In this document: piece by piece, positions 37,045-50,194 of the stretch
Layout: each line of letters opens with the position of its first letter
Position numbering within the stretch: position 1 is the first letter of the stretch
Assembly: GCA_030390025.1 (NCBI GenBank)
Contig: CM059432.1
Coordinates: 95,544,001 to 95,608,000, forward strand
From: Squalus acanthias
Taxonomy: Eukaryota
Length of the DNA stretch: 64,000 nucleotides
Direction: 5' to 3'
The notes under the pieces: model-generated
Databases searched by the model: none
Seen by the model: the letters and a program-made list of their open reading frames with translations, nothing else
What the model was told of the DNA's origin: nothing
Position numbers and translations under genes: made by a program

Positions 37045-37807
37045 GGCCTAGAATTTGTGGTCAGCAGCGAAGCAAAGGCGTTCGCCGCTGGCCCAGAGGT
37101 ATGCTTCGTACAAAGATCTTGCAATCTGTGTCGAGAATTTCGGGTTTTCTGACGCGTAATTGAAATCAACGGAAGTTAATGGGCATTCCCAGCGAAGAGC
37201 TGCTGTGAAGTCAACAAGCTGTCTAAACAGCCAATCAAAACGCAGAATTCTCTCAGACCGCGAACCAGGAAGTGGGTAAGCTCCTAAAATTTGAACCTTT
37301 TAAAAATGTTGGAGAGAGCAAAACAAAGATTGGGGCTCTCGCATGGGAAAAAGGCAAACCTGAAATAAAGATGAACAAACTTTAAAAAAAAATTAAACTT
37401 TTTTTTTAAAGTTTCTTAAAATTTTGACACTGCGCAAAATTAAATTAGTTTTTCAGGGCCGTAACCTTTGTTTAGCAGTCAATACGCTGCTAAAACCCCA
37501 GTTACACCTAATCCAAAAGGGTCTAACTTTTAATGGAGTATTTAACAGGGTAATTACTGCGGAAGAGCCAAAGGTTTCGTCAGTTTCCATGATTTGAGAG
37601 ATTTCACTGATTGCCGGTTCTGTGGGGTGGGAGGGGGGCGGGGGTCACAGCGCTGCCTGTGGAGGAGCAGTGAATGACAGGCCGCAACTTCAGGATTTCC
37701 GTATTAGGCTGCGCATGCGCTAATTCCTGAAGTTGCGGTCAGTTTCAAAGGTGAAATGACTGTGAACGCTGCCAGTTCGCCGTCATCAGGACCGCAAATT
37801 CCGGGCC
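37045..37807. mobile_element. Non-autonomous Harbinger-like MITE (763 bp)
   Basis: TIRs GGCCTAGAATTTGTGGTC / GACCGCAAATTCCGGGCC; flanks TAT and TTA; AT-rich centre. Confidence 0.78.
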
Positions 37808-38530
37808 TTATCTTTCCCCCTACCCTGGTGTGGCAGTTGCACCAACAGGAGTCACACTCCAAATATCACTGAGTGTAAATATCGAGTTTAAATGAAACTT
37901 TTTAAATCAACTCCTATATTGAACGCTGTCTTTAAAAATTAGCACGTGGGCAATTTACCTCTTGCGTTTGATTACCAATCTAACCCTCTAAATGTGATTT
38001 GTCAAAAATACCCAACTGCTTGAAGAACCAACTATATGATGCGTAAATAGAAAAATATTATAGTATCTCCAAATGAATACAAACCTATATAAGTGCTACA
38101 TTTTTGAAGATTCAAATCTTGGTACTTAAAGCATTTTGAATGATCTCAATAACATCTTTTATCTATGAATAACTGACAAAAGGGATATTGGTGACATTTT
38201 AATTGATTATGAAAACTTGCATTTCTTGTAAATTTATGGGCAAAGTAACAATTTCTCTTTACTATCATTTTCATATATTTATTTTAAAAGAAAAGGAATA
38301 GATATTGCACTTGATCTTGAAGTCTCCAGAAATTCAACCCTGGAAGATGTTTGTGAACTTGTTTCCCTTATGGCAGGTGTTTCCTATTGTACCTTTTCCT
38401 TATGTGACATTTTTATACACTCCCAATACTTAGGAATTAATGGACACAAATTCCATAAGACTTTTGAGCAAGGAAGTGGTTGAAATCACTGGAAGTTGGT
38501 ACGATGGTAAAGGTCTTCCTTCAGGTGGGA

Positions 38531-40110
38531 ACATAGGAACAGGAGTAGGCCATTCAGCCCCTCGGGCCTGCTCCAGCATTCAATTAGATCATGGCTAATC
38601 TGCAGTTCAACTCCATTTTCCTGCCTTTGCTCCATATCCCTTGATACCCTTACCTAGCAAAAATGTATCTATCTCGGTTTTGAAAGCTCCAATTGTCCTA
38701 GTATCCACAACCTTTTGGGGGGAAGAGTTATAAATTTCTACCACCCTTTGTGTGGAAAAAGTGCTTCCTAATTTCACTCTTGAATTGCCTAGCTCCAATT
38801 TTAAGGTTATGTCCCTTGTTCTTGATTCCCTCATCAGAGGGAAATAGTTTCTCCGTATCTATTCTATAAAATCCTTCAAACACCTCAATCAGATCACCCC
38901 TCTATCTTCTATACTCAAGGGAATACAAGCCGAGTTTACGCAACCTGTCCTTGTAATTGAAACCTTTCAGCCTTGGTATCATTCTGGTGAATTTGTGCTG
39001 CACCCCCTCCAATGCCAAGATATCCGGTTAAGTTCCTGGTTAAGCAACGCCTCGATTTCAAAATCCTCATCCTTGTTTTCAAATCCCTCCATGGCCTCGC
39101 CCCTCCCTATCTCTGTAATCTCCTCCAGCCCGCCCCCCCCCCCCCCCCCCCCCCCGAGATATCTACGCTCCTCTAATTCTGCCCTCTTGAGCATCCCTGA
39201 ATATAATCGCTCAACCATTGGTGGCCGTGCCTTCTGTTGCCTAGGCCCTAAGCTCTGAATTCCCTCCCTAAACCTCTCAGCCTCTCTACCTCTCTTTCCG
39301 CCTTTAAGATGCTCCTTAAAACCTACCTCTTTGACGAAGCTTTTGGTCACCTGCCCTAATTTCTCCTTATGTGGCTCGGTGTCAAATTTTTTGTCTTATA
39401 ATACTCCTGTGAAGCGCCTTGGGACGTTTTATTATGTCAAAGGCGCTATATAAATACAAGTTGTTTTTATCCTTCCTGAGGTGCGGTGCCTAAAACTGAA
39501 TGCAGTGCTCCAGATGGACAACTGAAGCATAACTTCCTTCCCTTTGTATTCCAGCCCCCTTGAGATAAAGGCCAACATTCTATTAGCCTTTTTGATTACT
39601 TTTTGTATCTGTCTACTGGCTTTTAATAATTTTGTGTACTTGGACTCCCAAATTTCTGCTCCCCTACAGTCCATAGTTTCGCACCATTTTAAAAAATACT
39701 CCGATTTATCTTTCTTGGGTCCAAAGTGGATAACCTCACATTGCCCACATTGGGAAAAACTATGGAAAATGGAGTACAATCACTCAATCTGTCTGTGTCC
39801 CTTTGCACTACTTACTGTCTCTCATAACTTAGTGTCATTGCAAACTTCGATATACAACTCTCTATTCCTTCATCCAAGTCATTAATAAATATGGTGAAAA
39901 GTTGAGGCCTCAGAATATATTCCTGGGGAACACAACTTATCACATCCTGCCAATCAGAGTACCTGTCCTTTATCCCCATCTCTCTTATCTCCTACCTCCC
40001 AACCAATTTTCAACCCAAGTCAACAGGCCAATCCCCTGCGCTCTCGTTTTTGCTAGCAGTATCTTGTGTGGAACCTTATCAACTGTCTTCTGGAAGTCCA
40101 TATAGATAAC
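38531..40110 (-). mobile_element. CR1-clade LINE 3' portion, interrupted by L2 at 39022-39464
   Basis: CR1 3' UTR at 38531; KKANRMLAFISRGLEYK and CEVIHFG motifs. Confidence 0.85.
39022..39464 (+). mobile_element. L2-clade LINE 3' fragment (young subfamily)
   Basis: Near-identical to 63345-63770; ends GGCGCTATATAAATACAAGTTG. Confidence 0.85.
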
Positions 40111-40241
40111 ACGTTATCTTAGTGACCTTCTCAAAATTTTTTTAACTAGATTAGTTAGATAGTATCAAAAGGTGATCAAGATTAAATGTTAAAATGTAAA
40201 TCGTATGTGTGGGGGGAAGAGAGGGCAGAGTGCTTCATGTA

Positions 40242-40758
40242 CAACAAAAACAAAATGCTGGAAACACTCAGCAGGCCAGGCAGTATCCGTGGAGAGAGAA
40301 ACAGAGTTAACGTTTCAGGTCTGGGACCCTTCGTCAGAACTGGAAAAAGTTAGAGATGTAACTGATTTTAAGCAGGTGCAGAGGCAGGGAAAAGGGGGAG
40401 GGAGGAAAGAACAAAAGGGACGGTCTGTGATAGGGTGGAAGGCAGGAGTGGTTAAATGTTGCAAATAGGAATGGCAGAATCATCAACAGCTACCGCCTGG
40501 AAAAAATAGGAGCAGAGGTTATGGTCTGAAATTGTTGAACTCGATGTTGAGTCCAGAAGGCTGTAAAGTGCCTAATCGAAAGATGAGGTGCTGTTCCTCG
40601 AGCTTACATTGAGCTTCGTTGGAAAAGTGTAAGAGGCCGAGGACGGAGAGGTGGGAGTGGCGCGGGGAATTAAAGTGACAGGCGACTGAAAGCTCGGTGT
40701 CACCCTTACGGACTGAACGGAGGTGTTCCGCAAAGCAGTCACCCAACCACTTGGTGTC
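40242..40758 (-). mobile_element. Penelope-like retroelement 3' fragment (GIY-YIG endonuclease C-terminus plus 3' end)
   Basis: ORF 40519-40779: LGDCFAEHLRSVRK..VACHFNS..EEQHLIFRLGTLQPSGLNIEF. Confidence 0.88.
40305..40341 (-). ncRNA. Minimal type I hammerhead ribozyme motif
   Basis: AGTT-CTGACGA-AGGGTC(CCA)GACCT-GAAAC-GTT-AACT: core boxes CUGANGA and GAAA, stem II, stem I AGTT/AACT, palindromic ACGT stem III, GUU triplet; Penelope-like elements are known to carry such motifs. Confidence 0.72.
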
Positions 40759-41286
40759 CATAGCTTGAGATGTATGCAAATTAATAGGAACATTGATTTT
40801 TACTCACCGTGGGCAGCGAGACTTCTGCCATATATTATGTTTATTAAGGAAGAAACAAGTTTAAATTGTACATTCAAATATTTTGCACTCAAACAAAATC
40901 TTCATCCAACTGCTTAGAACCACATGTTCCTGTGTTGTGGAGAAATCTTATCTTAATACATTAATTATGAAGGAAACACCATTTCTTTGACATCTTTAGT
41001 CAACAAATTTGGAAAAAGCATTTACTGTAAGTCAGAATTAAGTCGTCAAAAATGTCCTGTGGAAAAATATTTTCTAATGGGTGTTCTTTCAATCTAAGAT
41101 CCAATTTAAACCTCTCTAAGTCTGTATTGCCTTCATTTTAGGTGTGCCATAATCAAATATATTTAGTTTTGTTCGGTTTTAATTTGCATGATTGCTTCTG
41201 GCCAGGCTTCAACCTGCAAAGTATGAAGTCAGCATTAGTTTTCTTTCCCTCCATTAATCTAATGTTTTTTTAACTTTCCTTTGTAG

Positions 41287-41438
41287 AGCACACAATTATT
41301 TTGACCTCACAACAACCTTGCACAAATATCTCGGAACATTGGAGTCTATGTCAAAGGTGATTTGTCAGTGGGGCCAAGATTACTTGCAGTCTGCTGCCTT
41401 GATTCAATATGGATGCAGTCTAGCTATCTGCAGAAGAG
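41287..41438 (+). other. Candidate internal exon (152 nt) of the host transcript
   Basis: Strong polypyrimidine acceptor TTTTAACTTTCCTTTGTAG and donor GAG|GTGAGT; one open frame with ATG at 41348. Confidence 0.55.
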
Positions 41439-41799
41439 GTGAGTAAATTGGAAGCTGATTAATCGGCTTGTGTTTTGCAGGGAACTTTCACACTGAAGAA
41501 AATGTTAATGTTGAATATAAAGTGGTTTTAACCCTTTCTGAGCCACATGTTTCCAACTGATTTATTTGGAATTTGCTGGGTGTTTGGGAATGGGAAAAGA
41601 CAATGCAAGTTTTTTTTTAAACTTTACTGATTTCCTGCAAGATTGTAGCACAGAAAAATTATTAAACTCGCAGATGTCCCATGGCATTGCTCATGGTGAG
41701 TCCTCTCCTTGTCTGATCTTTGTGCCTTTCTCAATCTGTCACCACAATCTGCATGCGTGATCTCTCTCCCTCTTTCCTTGTTCTCTCTCTCTGTCTCTT

Positions 41800-42408
41800 C
41801 AGCTCGGGCTCTGGCGCTTGCTCTGGCTGTCTCCGATTGACAGGCTGGCCGAGTGGGAAAGCCAGTGGTATGCAGCAAGGACGGAGGGAGAGATCATGAG
41901 TTTAGAGGGGGGGCTCGGAGCGCGGCAGTGAGAAGGAGGAAGAGATCGCGGGCTTGGAGGGGGGCTTGCAGTGAGGGGGAGGGAGAGATCGTGGGCTGGG
42001 AGGGAGAGATCGCGGGTTTGGAGGGGGGGCTCGGAGCGCGGCAGTGAGGAGGGAGGGAGAGATCGCGGGTTTGGAGGGGGGTCTCACAGTGAGGAGGGAG
42101 AGTGAGATTGTGCGTTTGGAGGGGGGCTCTCCTCCCTTTTGCTGCCAGATTTCCTGAGCCCTAGGAAACCTGGCCCGCAGGCGTTAAATTCAAATGGCTC
42201 CCAAAATCTGAGGAACTGAGCCTCATTTAAATATTATAATCATGGAGCCGCCTCTCCAGAATGGGTTACTCGGTCGTCCCCAAACCTGCCGCGGTTAAAC
42301 CAGAAGTAGGAGCGTTCATGATGGGTTAGGGTTGGGTTCCACATTTACCGATGTTTTTGTTTAAACCCGCCCCCTCCCGCCCGTCGTGGGGGGTTTACAA
42401 TTACCCCC
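41800..42408. mobile_element. Non-autonomous Harbinger-like element (left boundary approximate)
   Basis: Right end GGGGGTTTACAATTACCCCC; shares blocks with 1466-2133. Confidence 0.5.
41882..42125 (+). repeat. G-rich imperfect tandem repeat (~45-55 bp unit)
   Basis: Recurrent GGGAGAGATCGCGGGTTTGGAGGGGGG..GCAGTGAG, about 5 units. Confidence 0.75.
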
Positions 42409-42947
42409 ATGGTTTCCGATAAACTTTCAGACAATCGCAAGTTATGTTTGGTATATTACAGACATTTGCAGTGAATGTTTTGAAACAAATATTTCAATTC
42501 AATCTTCCCTAATATTTCTGTCTAGGATTTCCTATAGGGCTTCTCTTACAACCCTCAAAGCTTCATGCAGCTAAATATTAGAACAAATAGTATGCGTTGG
42601 ATGTTATTTATGCAAGACATATTTTGGACTTGATGTGCATCCATTAAATTTTTCTATTTATGATGTCAAGAGCCAGGCAAATACAGCTCTAAAACAAGCT
42701 GTTAGTCGCTGTGCAAAAATGTGGGATGACTCCCACCAATTTTTCTTTCCCCAAAGGAAGGCACATGGCCTTTGACCAGCATTTCTTACAACTGTGATTG
42801 AAGCTGTCCAGTTTGCATTCTACCACTTTGTGTGCTGCCTGTTGCCTACTTAGATCCTGCTGATAATTCCTATCGAAGAAATGTTGATCGCTAAGCTGTG
42901 TTACTGTTAATGGGTATTAACTTAAAACTGACTTGTACTGTTTACAG

Positions 42948-42985
42948 ATTCCACTGTGCATATGAAAGTTAATTACATGCTGAAG
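42948..42985 (+). other. Candidate small exon (38 nt)
   Basis: Acceptor TGTACTGTTTACAG, donor AAG|GTTTGG; its only open frame is phase-compatible with exon 41287-41438. Confidence 0.3.
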
Positions 42986-43212
42986 GTTTGGAATAGGCTG
43001 CTTAAATGTAAGATGCGATCAGCCATCTTGACATTGGCACTAAAGTGCTCCTTTGGGAGACTTGGTTTTCTGACTTTGCGAATTGCAAACCTTTGTCAGA
43101 AAGATGGTTAGTTGAATTCTTCAAGAAATTAAGTCCGATTACAATTTTTGACCAATAATGTTCAGTCCTGGCTTGTTTTTTTTAAAAAAAACTTTATATT
43201 CATGAATATAAT

Positions 43213-43968
43213 GGCCCAGATATTCCGATCGCAGGCCTCCCTCGGGCGGAGGGCTGCGATCTGGAAAAATCTGCGCCAATACCGGAGGGCTCCCGGAGGC
43301 GCAGAGTTCCGCTGCTGGGCCTCTCCAAACTGCCGGTGCGCAGGGCCCACGTATCCCAGAGGCGCAGGCGGTTCGCAGCGTCCCTGGGATCACGTGGGCC
43401 ATGGGGAGCCAATCAGAGAAGGGAATCTCCCTTCATACATTTGACAGGAAGACCGGTCAAATATATGAATAGAGATCACCCCCAAAACATAGTAAAACTT
43501 TAAATAAATTTTTAAAAAAACATCACATTTTTAAAATGACTTGAAATTACATAAATTAACTATTTTAAACAAAAATTTAAATTTTTGAAAAAAGTAATTA
43601 AAGTTTTTAACGGGGCTAAAAATAAACTTACCTTTCTTTAAAGTATTTTTAAATGATAAATCAGTGGAAATTAAAAAAAAACTTTTTTCAACTCTTATCC
43701 TGGTAAAAGCAAGCCTTACGCTGCCTTTTACCAGGCGCAAGAATTGTAAGTGTTTTCTGTGGGCGGAGGGTCTCCAAAAAGTGGAACTATCTGCCCGCAG
43801 AGGCCCTGCTCCCGGGCAGTCGGATAATCTGTCGAGAGCTTTCTTGACAGATCGGAAATGCCGGTTTCCAGCGCATGCGCAGTGCATGCCTAAAACCGGC
43901 ATTTCCTGATGTCCCTACGGGTGAGTACACAGCGCGTACACACCCGTAGGGATCGGAATTTCTGCACC
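43213..43968. mobile_element. Non-autonomous Harbinger-like MITE (756 bp)
   Basis: TIRs GGCCCAGATATTCCGATC / GATCGGAATTTCTGCACC; AAT TSD on both sides; related to 16782-17523. Confidence 0.85.
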
Positions 43969-44822
43969 AATATTTTTATCATGACAATAGCATTACCTGT
44001 GTCCACCTTTGTAACCCAAGCCATTGCACAAACACCATCTGTTCTTTCAAACGTAAGCATGGATTCACAGAAGTAACATTAACTATGTTTGCATACGTGT
44101 CCTACATCACACTGATCAAAACCTGGATTTAAAGGCCAGACTGATGCAACTTCCACTCAGCAACCATCACTCAGTTACAACATTGAAATTTCCAGCACTG
44201 ATCTGTTGCATTCTGACTACTTATTATATTTATATTTAATATATTTTTGACTTTTTTAAAACAACTTTTAATGTTTATTCATGGGTTTGAAATAACACAC
44301 TGGTTGTGGTGCTCAGACCTTTAGTGTAATTGACATCTGCGTATTGTGTGTGTACACCTGTGTGTGTCTTAAACATTTTAGCTGAAAATAAATCTAAACC
44401 TGTAAATGCTGAGGGTTTTAAGGAAACTAGTGCAAGATTATTGGTTCATGATAAAGGTTGAAGGAGCAAATAAATGGGAGCTCTTTAAGAATGATGAATA
44501 AAATATATACAAAGTCCATAAACATTATACACATGGTATTGCAGAGTTGCATCAAAATGTTTACAGAATTCCCACTATTTTGGTGGATATATAAGTTCTA
44601 TGTTGAAGAAAATTCTGGATGGTGATGGGAGTCCAGCAACTCTGTGATGTTCATTAAATCTGCTGTGGAAGGTATCCTTTTCTTTTTACTGCATTGCTGT
44701 TTTATAGTCATTAGATCCTTCTACATCAATGCTGGAGAAGCTAAGATTAGTCCAGTGGTAGCCAATAAGGTGCTAGTATATTTTACAGTTAGTCACATAG
44801 TGCCATTGCTTTTACATTTTTC

Positions 44823-47661
44823 AAGAACACGGAGCAGGTGTAGGCCATACGGCCCCACGAACCTGCTCCGCCATGCAATAAGATCATGGCTGATCTTCTA
44901 CCTCAACTCCACTTTCCCGCCCGATCTCCATATCCCTTTGATTCCCCATGAGTCCAAAAATCTATCTTAACTCAGCCTTGAATATACTCAATGATTCAGC
45001 ATCCACAGCCCTTTGGGGTAGAGAATTCCAAAGATTCACAACCCTCTGAGTGAAGAAATTCCTCCTCATCACAGTCTTAAAAGGCCGACCCCATATCCTG
45101 AGACTATGCCCCCTAGTGCTAGACTCTCCAGCCAAGGGAAACCACCTCTACGCATCTACATTATCAATCCCCCTCAGTATCTTATATTTTTTAATGAGAT
45201 CACTTCTCATTCTTCTAAACTCCGGAGAGTACAGGCCAAATCTACTCAATCTCTCCTCATAGGACAACCCTCTCAACCCAGGAATCAATCTAGTGAACCT
45301 TTGTTGCATCACCTCTAAGGCAAGTATATCCTTCCTCAGATAAGGAGACCAAAACTCTGCACAGTACTCCAGGTGTGGTCTCACTAAAGCTCTGTGCAAT
45401 TGTAGCAAGACTTCCTTACTCTTGTACTTGTCAGCCGTGGCTCAGTTAAGACATTAAACCGAGGCCCAGTCTGCTTGGGTGGACGTAAAAGATCCTGTGG
45501 CACTATTTCGAAGAAAAGCAGGGGAGTTATCCCTGGTATCCTAGCCAATATTTACCCCTCAATCCAAATCACTAATAAACAGATTATCTGGTCATTATTA
45601 TATTGCTTTTGCGGGAGCTTGCTGTGTGCAAAAGCGCTTTGAGACGTCCGGTGGTCATGAAAAGTGCTATATAAACGCAAGTCCTTTTCTCTCTCGCCCG
45701 CCTCCTCTCCTCCAACCCCCTTGCAATAAAGGCCAACATGCCATTTGCCTTCCTAATTGCTTACTGTACCTGCATGCTAAATCTCTATTTCCTCTGTGAA
45801 GGCACTTAAATCTCTCTCAACACCAACATTTAATAGTTCCTCACCATTTAAAAAATATTTTGTTTTTCTATTCTTCCTACCAAAGTGAATAACCTCACAT
45901 TTCCCCACATAATACTCCATCTGCCACCTTATTGCCCACTCACTTAACCTGTCTCTATCCCTTTGCAGGCTCCTTGTGTCCTCCCCACAACTTACTTTCC
46001 CACCTAACTTTGTATTGTCAGCAAACTTGGATACATTACAGTCGGTCCATTCATCTAAGTCATTTATATAAATTATAAATAGCTGAGGCCCAAGCACTGA
46101 TCCTTGCGGCACCCCACTAGTTACAGCCTGCCAACCTGAAAAGGACCCGTTTATCCCCACAGTCTGTTTTCTGTCCTTTAAACAATCCTCTGTCCATGCT
46201 AATATATTACGCTCAACCTCATGAGCCCTTATCTTGCGTAACAGTCTTTTTATGTGGCACCTTATTGAATGCGTTTTGGAAATCCAAATATATTACATCC
46301 ACTGGTTCCCCTTTATCTACCCCTGCTAGTTACATCCTCAAAAAACTCCAATAGATTTGTTAAATGCGATTTCCCTTTCATAAAAACCATGTTGACTCTG
46401 CCTAATTATATTATGATTTTCTAAGTGCCCTGTTGCCACTTCCTTAAAAATTGAGTCCCGCATTTTCCTGATGACTGATGTCAGGCTAACTGGCCTGTAG
46501 TTCCCTGTTTCCTCTCTCCCTCCTTTCTTGAATAGCGGGGTTACATTCGCTACCTTCCAATCTGCTAGGTCTGTTCTAAAATCTAGGGAATTTTGGAAGA
46601 TCACAAGCAATGCATCCACTATCTCTGCAGCCACCTCTTTTAGAACCATAGGATGTAGGCCATCAGGTCCAGGAGATTTGTTGGCTTTTAGTCCCATTAG
46701 TTTATCAAGTACCTTTCTCTACTGATCTTAATTACTTTAAGTTCTTCACTCTTAATAGCCCCTTGGTGCCCCACTATTTTTTGTATGCTTTTTGTATCTT
46801 CTACTGTGAAGGCAGATACAAAATATTTGTTTAAAGCCTGCCATTTCTTTATTCCCCATTTTAATTTCTCTTGTCGCAGCCTCTAAGGGACCAACGCTTA
46901 CTTTTGCAACTCTCTTCCTTTTTACGTACTTGTAGAAGCTCTTACAATCTTTTTATATTTCTTGCTAGTTTATTCTCATTCTATTTTCACTTTTTAATCA
47001 ATTTTTTGGTCATCCTTTGCTAGTTTGTAAAGCTCTCTCAGTCCTCAGGCTTACTACTATTCTTCACAACATTATAAGCCTCTGCTTTTAATCTAATACT
47101 ATCTTCTTGAGTTACCCACGGATGGATCACTTTTCCCGTGGAGTTTTTATTTCTCAATGGAATGCATATTCGTTGAAAATTTTGAAATATTTCTTTAAAT
47201 GTTTGCCACTGCTTATCTGCTGTCATACATTTTAATGTAATTTTCCAATCTACCTTCGGCAACTCGTCCCTCATACCTATGTAATTGGCTTTATTTAAGT
47301 TTAAGACTCTAGTTTCGGACTGAAGTATTTCACTCTCAAACTCAATGTGAAATTCTATCATATTATGATCACTATTCCCCAGAGGATCTTTTAATATGAG
47401 ATCACTAATTAACCCTGTCTCATTACACAATACAAAATCTAAAATAGCCTGTTCCCTGGTTGGTTCCACAACGTATTGTTATAGGAAACTGTTGCGAATG
47501 CATTTGATGAACTCGTCCTCTAGACTGTTTTTGGCAATTTGATTTGCCTAGTCTATGTGAAGATTAAAGTCCCCCACAATTATTGCATTACCTTTGTTAC
47601 AAGCTCATATTATTTGTTGACTAATATCCTATCCAACAGTATAGTTACTGTTAGGGGGCCT
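44823..47661 (-). mobile_element. CR1-clade LINE ORF2 (5' truncated), with nested SINE
   Basis: [61 protein letters not shown]. Confidence 0.93.
45429..45690 (+). mobile_element. Internally deleted Deu-domain SINE nested in CR1
   Basis: TGTCAGCCGTGGCTCAG head fused to the Deu core; CR1 resumes as CTTGTAC|TCCAACCCC. Confidence 0.8.
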
Positions 47662-48736
47662 AGTTTAAATTATGCTTAGCTCCTTTGTTCATAATATTTT
47701 TTGTTTCTTTGCTATGCAAACATCGATTGTAATATCCATAGGAAACTGGTACTTTCTGGGATTTTGATGTGTACTAAATTATCCCGTGAGCCATGAATAC
47801 CTGATATGCCTGAAATAACGTAAACAAAGTTTGCACTATCTTTGTGGTATGCTTTGTAAATACAGCATACCCTCTGTCATACTGACTTTGGGAGTAAAAA
47901 CTTGTTCTAGTAAGGTTTGAACATTAATAAATTGATAAAGTGTTTGTTTAGATCAGAAGTCATGTTGTATTATAAGCGTGCAATAAGAAGAAAATGCATT
48001 AGTTTTTTAAAACCTTTCCTGGTAAAAACAGTTAAGAGTCTCTTCCTACATCCTTTAATGTATGTGGAAAATAATGTACTGTTTCTTTAAATCCAAGATG
48101 GGACGTGGCCCTGGCTGATTCCAGGAAATCACCCTTGCTGCCAATGATAAGGTTATATAGCTGTTTTGATATAATAACGACTGCTTCCGTGTAAATAGCC
48201 GTATATTTTTTTTTACTAAGCCAAACACTGGGTCACGCATGGTTATCAGCTAGCATCGTGGGAATTCTATCAAAGCTGCAGACCAGAATATGTATCAGTT
48301 TCCATAGGAGATTGTGTTCGAGATATTTTAATAGAAAACTGTTGGTATATGATCAAATATTGTTAATTGTTGATTGGAAGTAACCTTGTCATGTTTTGGG
48401 TGATCACCTAACCTCATGTTTGTAGGTGTTGATCTTGTCAAAACGTGGCTGGAATTCTAACACCAAAGGATAGATATATTGATTAAAAAAGTTGGTCTGG
48501 CTACTGGAGAGAGAGCTCATCTCCGAGAAACTGTGCTGGAGTGATTAAGAAAGGAAAACAGGCTTTTTTCTTAAATCAAGAGGCTACGCTGACGAGCAGT
48601 TTAGGTATAATTCGGCAATCTCTTGTTTCCAGTGGGGAATCCAGGCTTGAAAGGAATGTGGTTTGGCGATGGGGCTACAATGTTGCGACCCTGATTCTCC
48701 GATCCATATGCCCAGAGTTTGATTATCCACTAGGAG

Positions 48737-49771
48737 CATAGGAACAGGAGTAGGCCATTTAGCCCCTCGAGCCTGTTCCGCCATTCAATAACATCATGGC
48801 TAAACTGTGACATAACTCCATCCATATACCTGCCTTTGCCCCATATCCCTTAATACCTTTGGTTAACAAAAATTTATCATCTTGGATTTAAAATTAATAA
48901 TTAACCTAGTATCAAATGCAGTTTGCGGCAGAGAGTTCCAAACTTCTACCACCCTTTGTGTCTAGAAGTGTTTCCTAACTTCACTCCTGAAAGGCCTGGC
49001 TCTGATTTTTAAACTATGCCCCCTATTCCTAGAATCCCCAACCAGCGGAAATAGTTTCTCTCTATCTTCCCTATCTGTTCTCCTTTAATACAGTAAACTC
49101 TTTCTTATCCGGCACCTATGAGACCAGGATGGTGCCGGTTGATGAAAAATTCTGGATAACAGAGGTATACCTACCAAGGCAATTTTTAACACAAACAAAA
49201 ATAAAAACCACTGACTAACTTGGCCACCGTGGGAGACTCGGACTCGGCAAAACGAGTGCTGGATGGATTCGGCAAGATTACCGGTTATCTATTTTGCCGG
49301 TTATTAAAGTATTCCGGATGATTAAGTGCCGTTTAAACAAGAGTTTACTGTATCTTGAAAACTTTGATCAAATCACCACTTAACCGTCTAAATTTCAGGC
49401 AATACAACCCTAGTTCATGTAATCTCTCGTAATTTAACCCTTGGAATCCAGGTATCATTCTGGTAAATCTACACTGCACTCCCTCCAAGGCTAATATATC
49501 CTTCCTAAGGTGTGGTGCCCAGAACTGCTCTCAGTACTCCAGGTATGGTCTAACCAGGATTTTGTATAGCTGCAGCATTGTATTCTAGTCCTCTAGACAT
49601 AAAGGCCAGCATTCCATTAGCCTTTTTGATTGATTATTTTCTGTACCTGATATATTGATCTTCTGTACCTGGACTCCCAAGTCTCTTTGGACCTCCACTG
49701 TTTCTAGCTTTTCACCATTTAGAAAGTACTCTGTTCTATCCTTTTTAGGTCCAAAGTGGATGACCTCACAT
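48737..49771 (-). mobile_element. CR1-clade LINE 3' fragment (same family as 2974-3613)
   Basis: Colinear with 2985-3613 and 7600-7770. Confidence 0.85.
49091..49350. mobile_element. Tc1/mariner-pogo (Tigger-like) MITE
   Basis: TIR CAGTAAACTCT / AGAGTTTACTG, TA TSD, inserted in CR1. Confidence 0.85.
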
Positions 49772-49831
49772 TTGGAATTTCAGACTTGACTCTTTTTCTT
49801 CATTCCATTATTGGATTCAAAAATGCAAATA

Positions 49832-50194
49832 CAGGAAACTCTTTATTAACCGGCACCGACGGGACCGGCGTGGTGCCGGTTAATCAAAAAGTCCGGATAA
49901 TGGAGAGTTATATCTCCCAACGTACGAGAGCCCCGTACACATTGACATGCGCCTGCATTCGGAGCTCCGTCTCCCCGGGGACCGCCAGCTGACCATCTGT
50001 CGTGTCCGCTGCCTACCCGGGCTGCACATTCCCCTCCCAATCTACACGCTCCGATACAAGGCAAACGCCTCGGGGTTTTTTTAAAGTTAATTTTAAACGA
50101 GAGATGAAGGAAAACCCCGGTTACCTACTCAAGAATTTTGCCGGTTAAGAGAGATTTCCAGATATTTGGGTGCCGGTTAATAAAGAGTTTCCTG
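49832..50194. mobile_element. Tc1/mariner-pogo (Tigger-like) MITE, related subfamily
   Basis: Long TIR CAGGAAACTCTTTATTAACCGGCACC, TA TSD. Confidence 0.88.

Noticed and set aside
41882..42125. CRISPR-like array
   Set aside because: No unique spacers; degenerate G-rich minisatellite in a eukaryotic repeat
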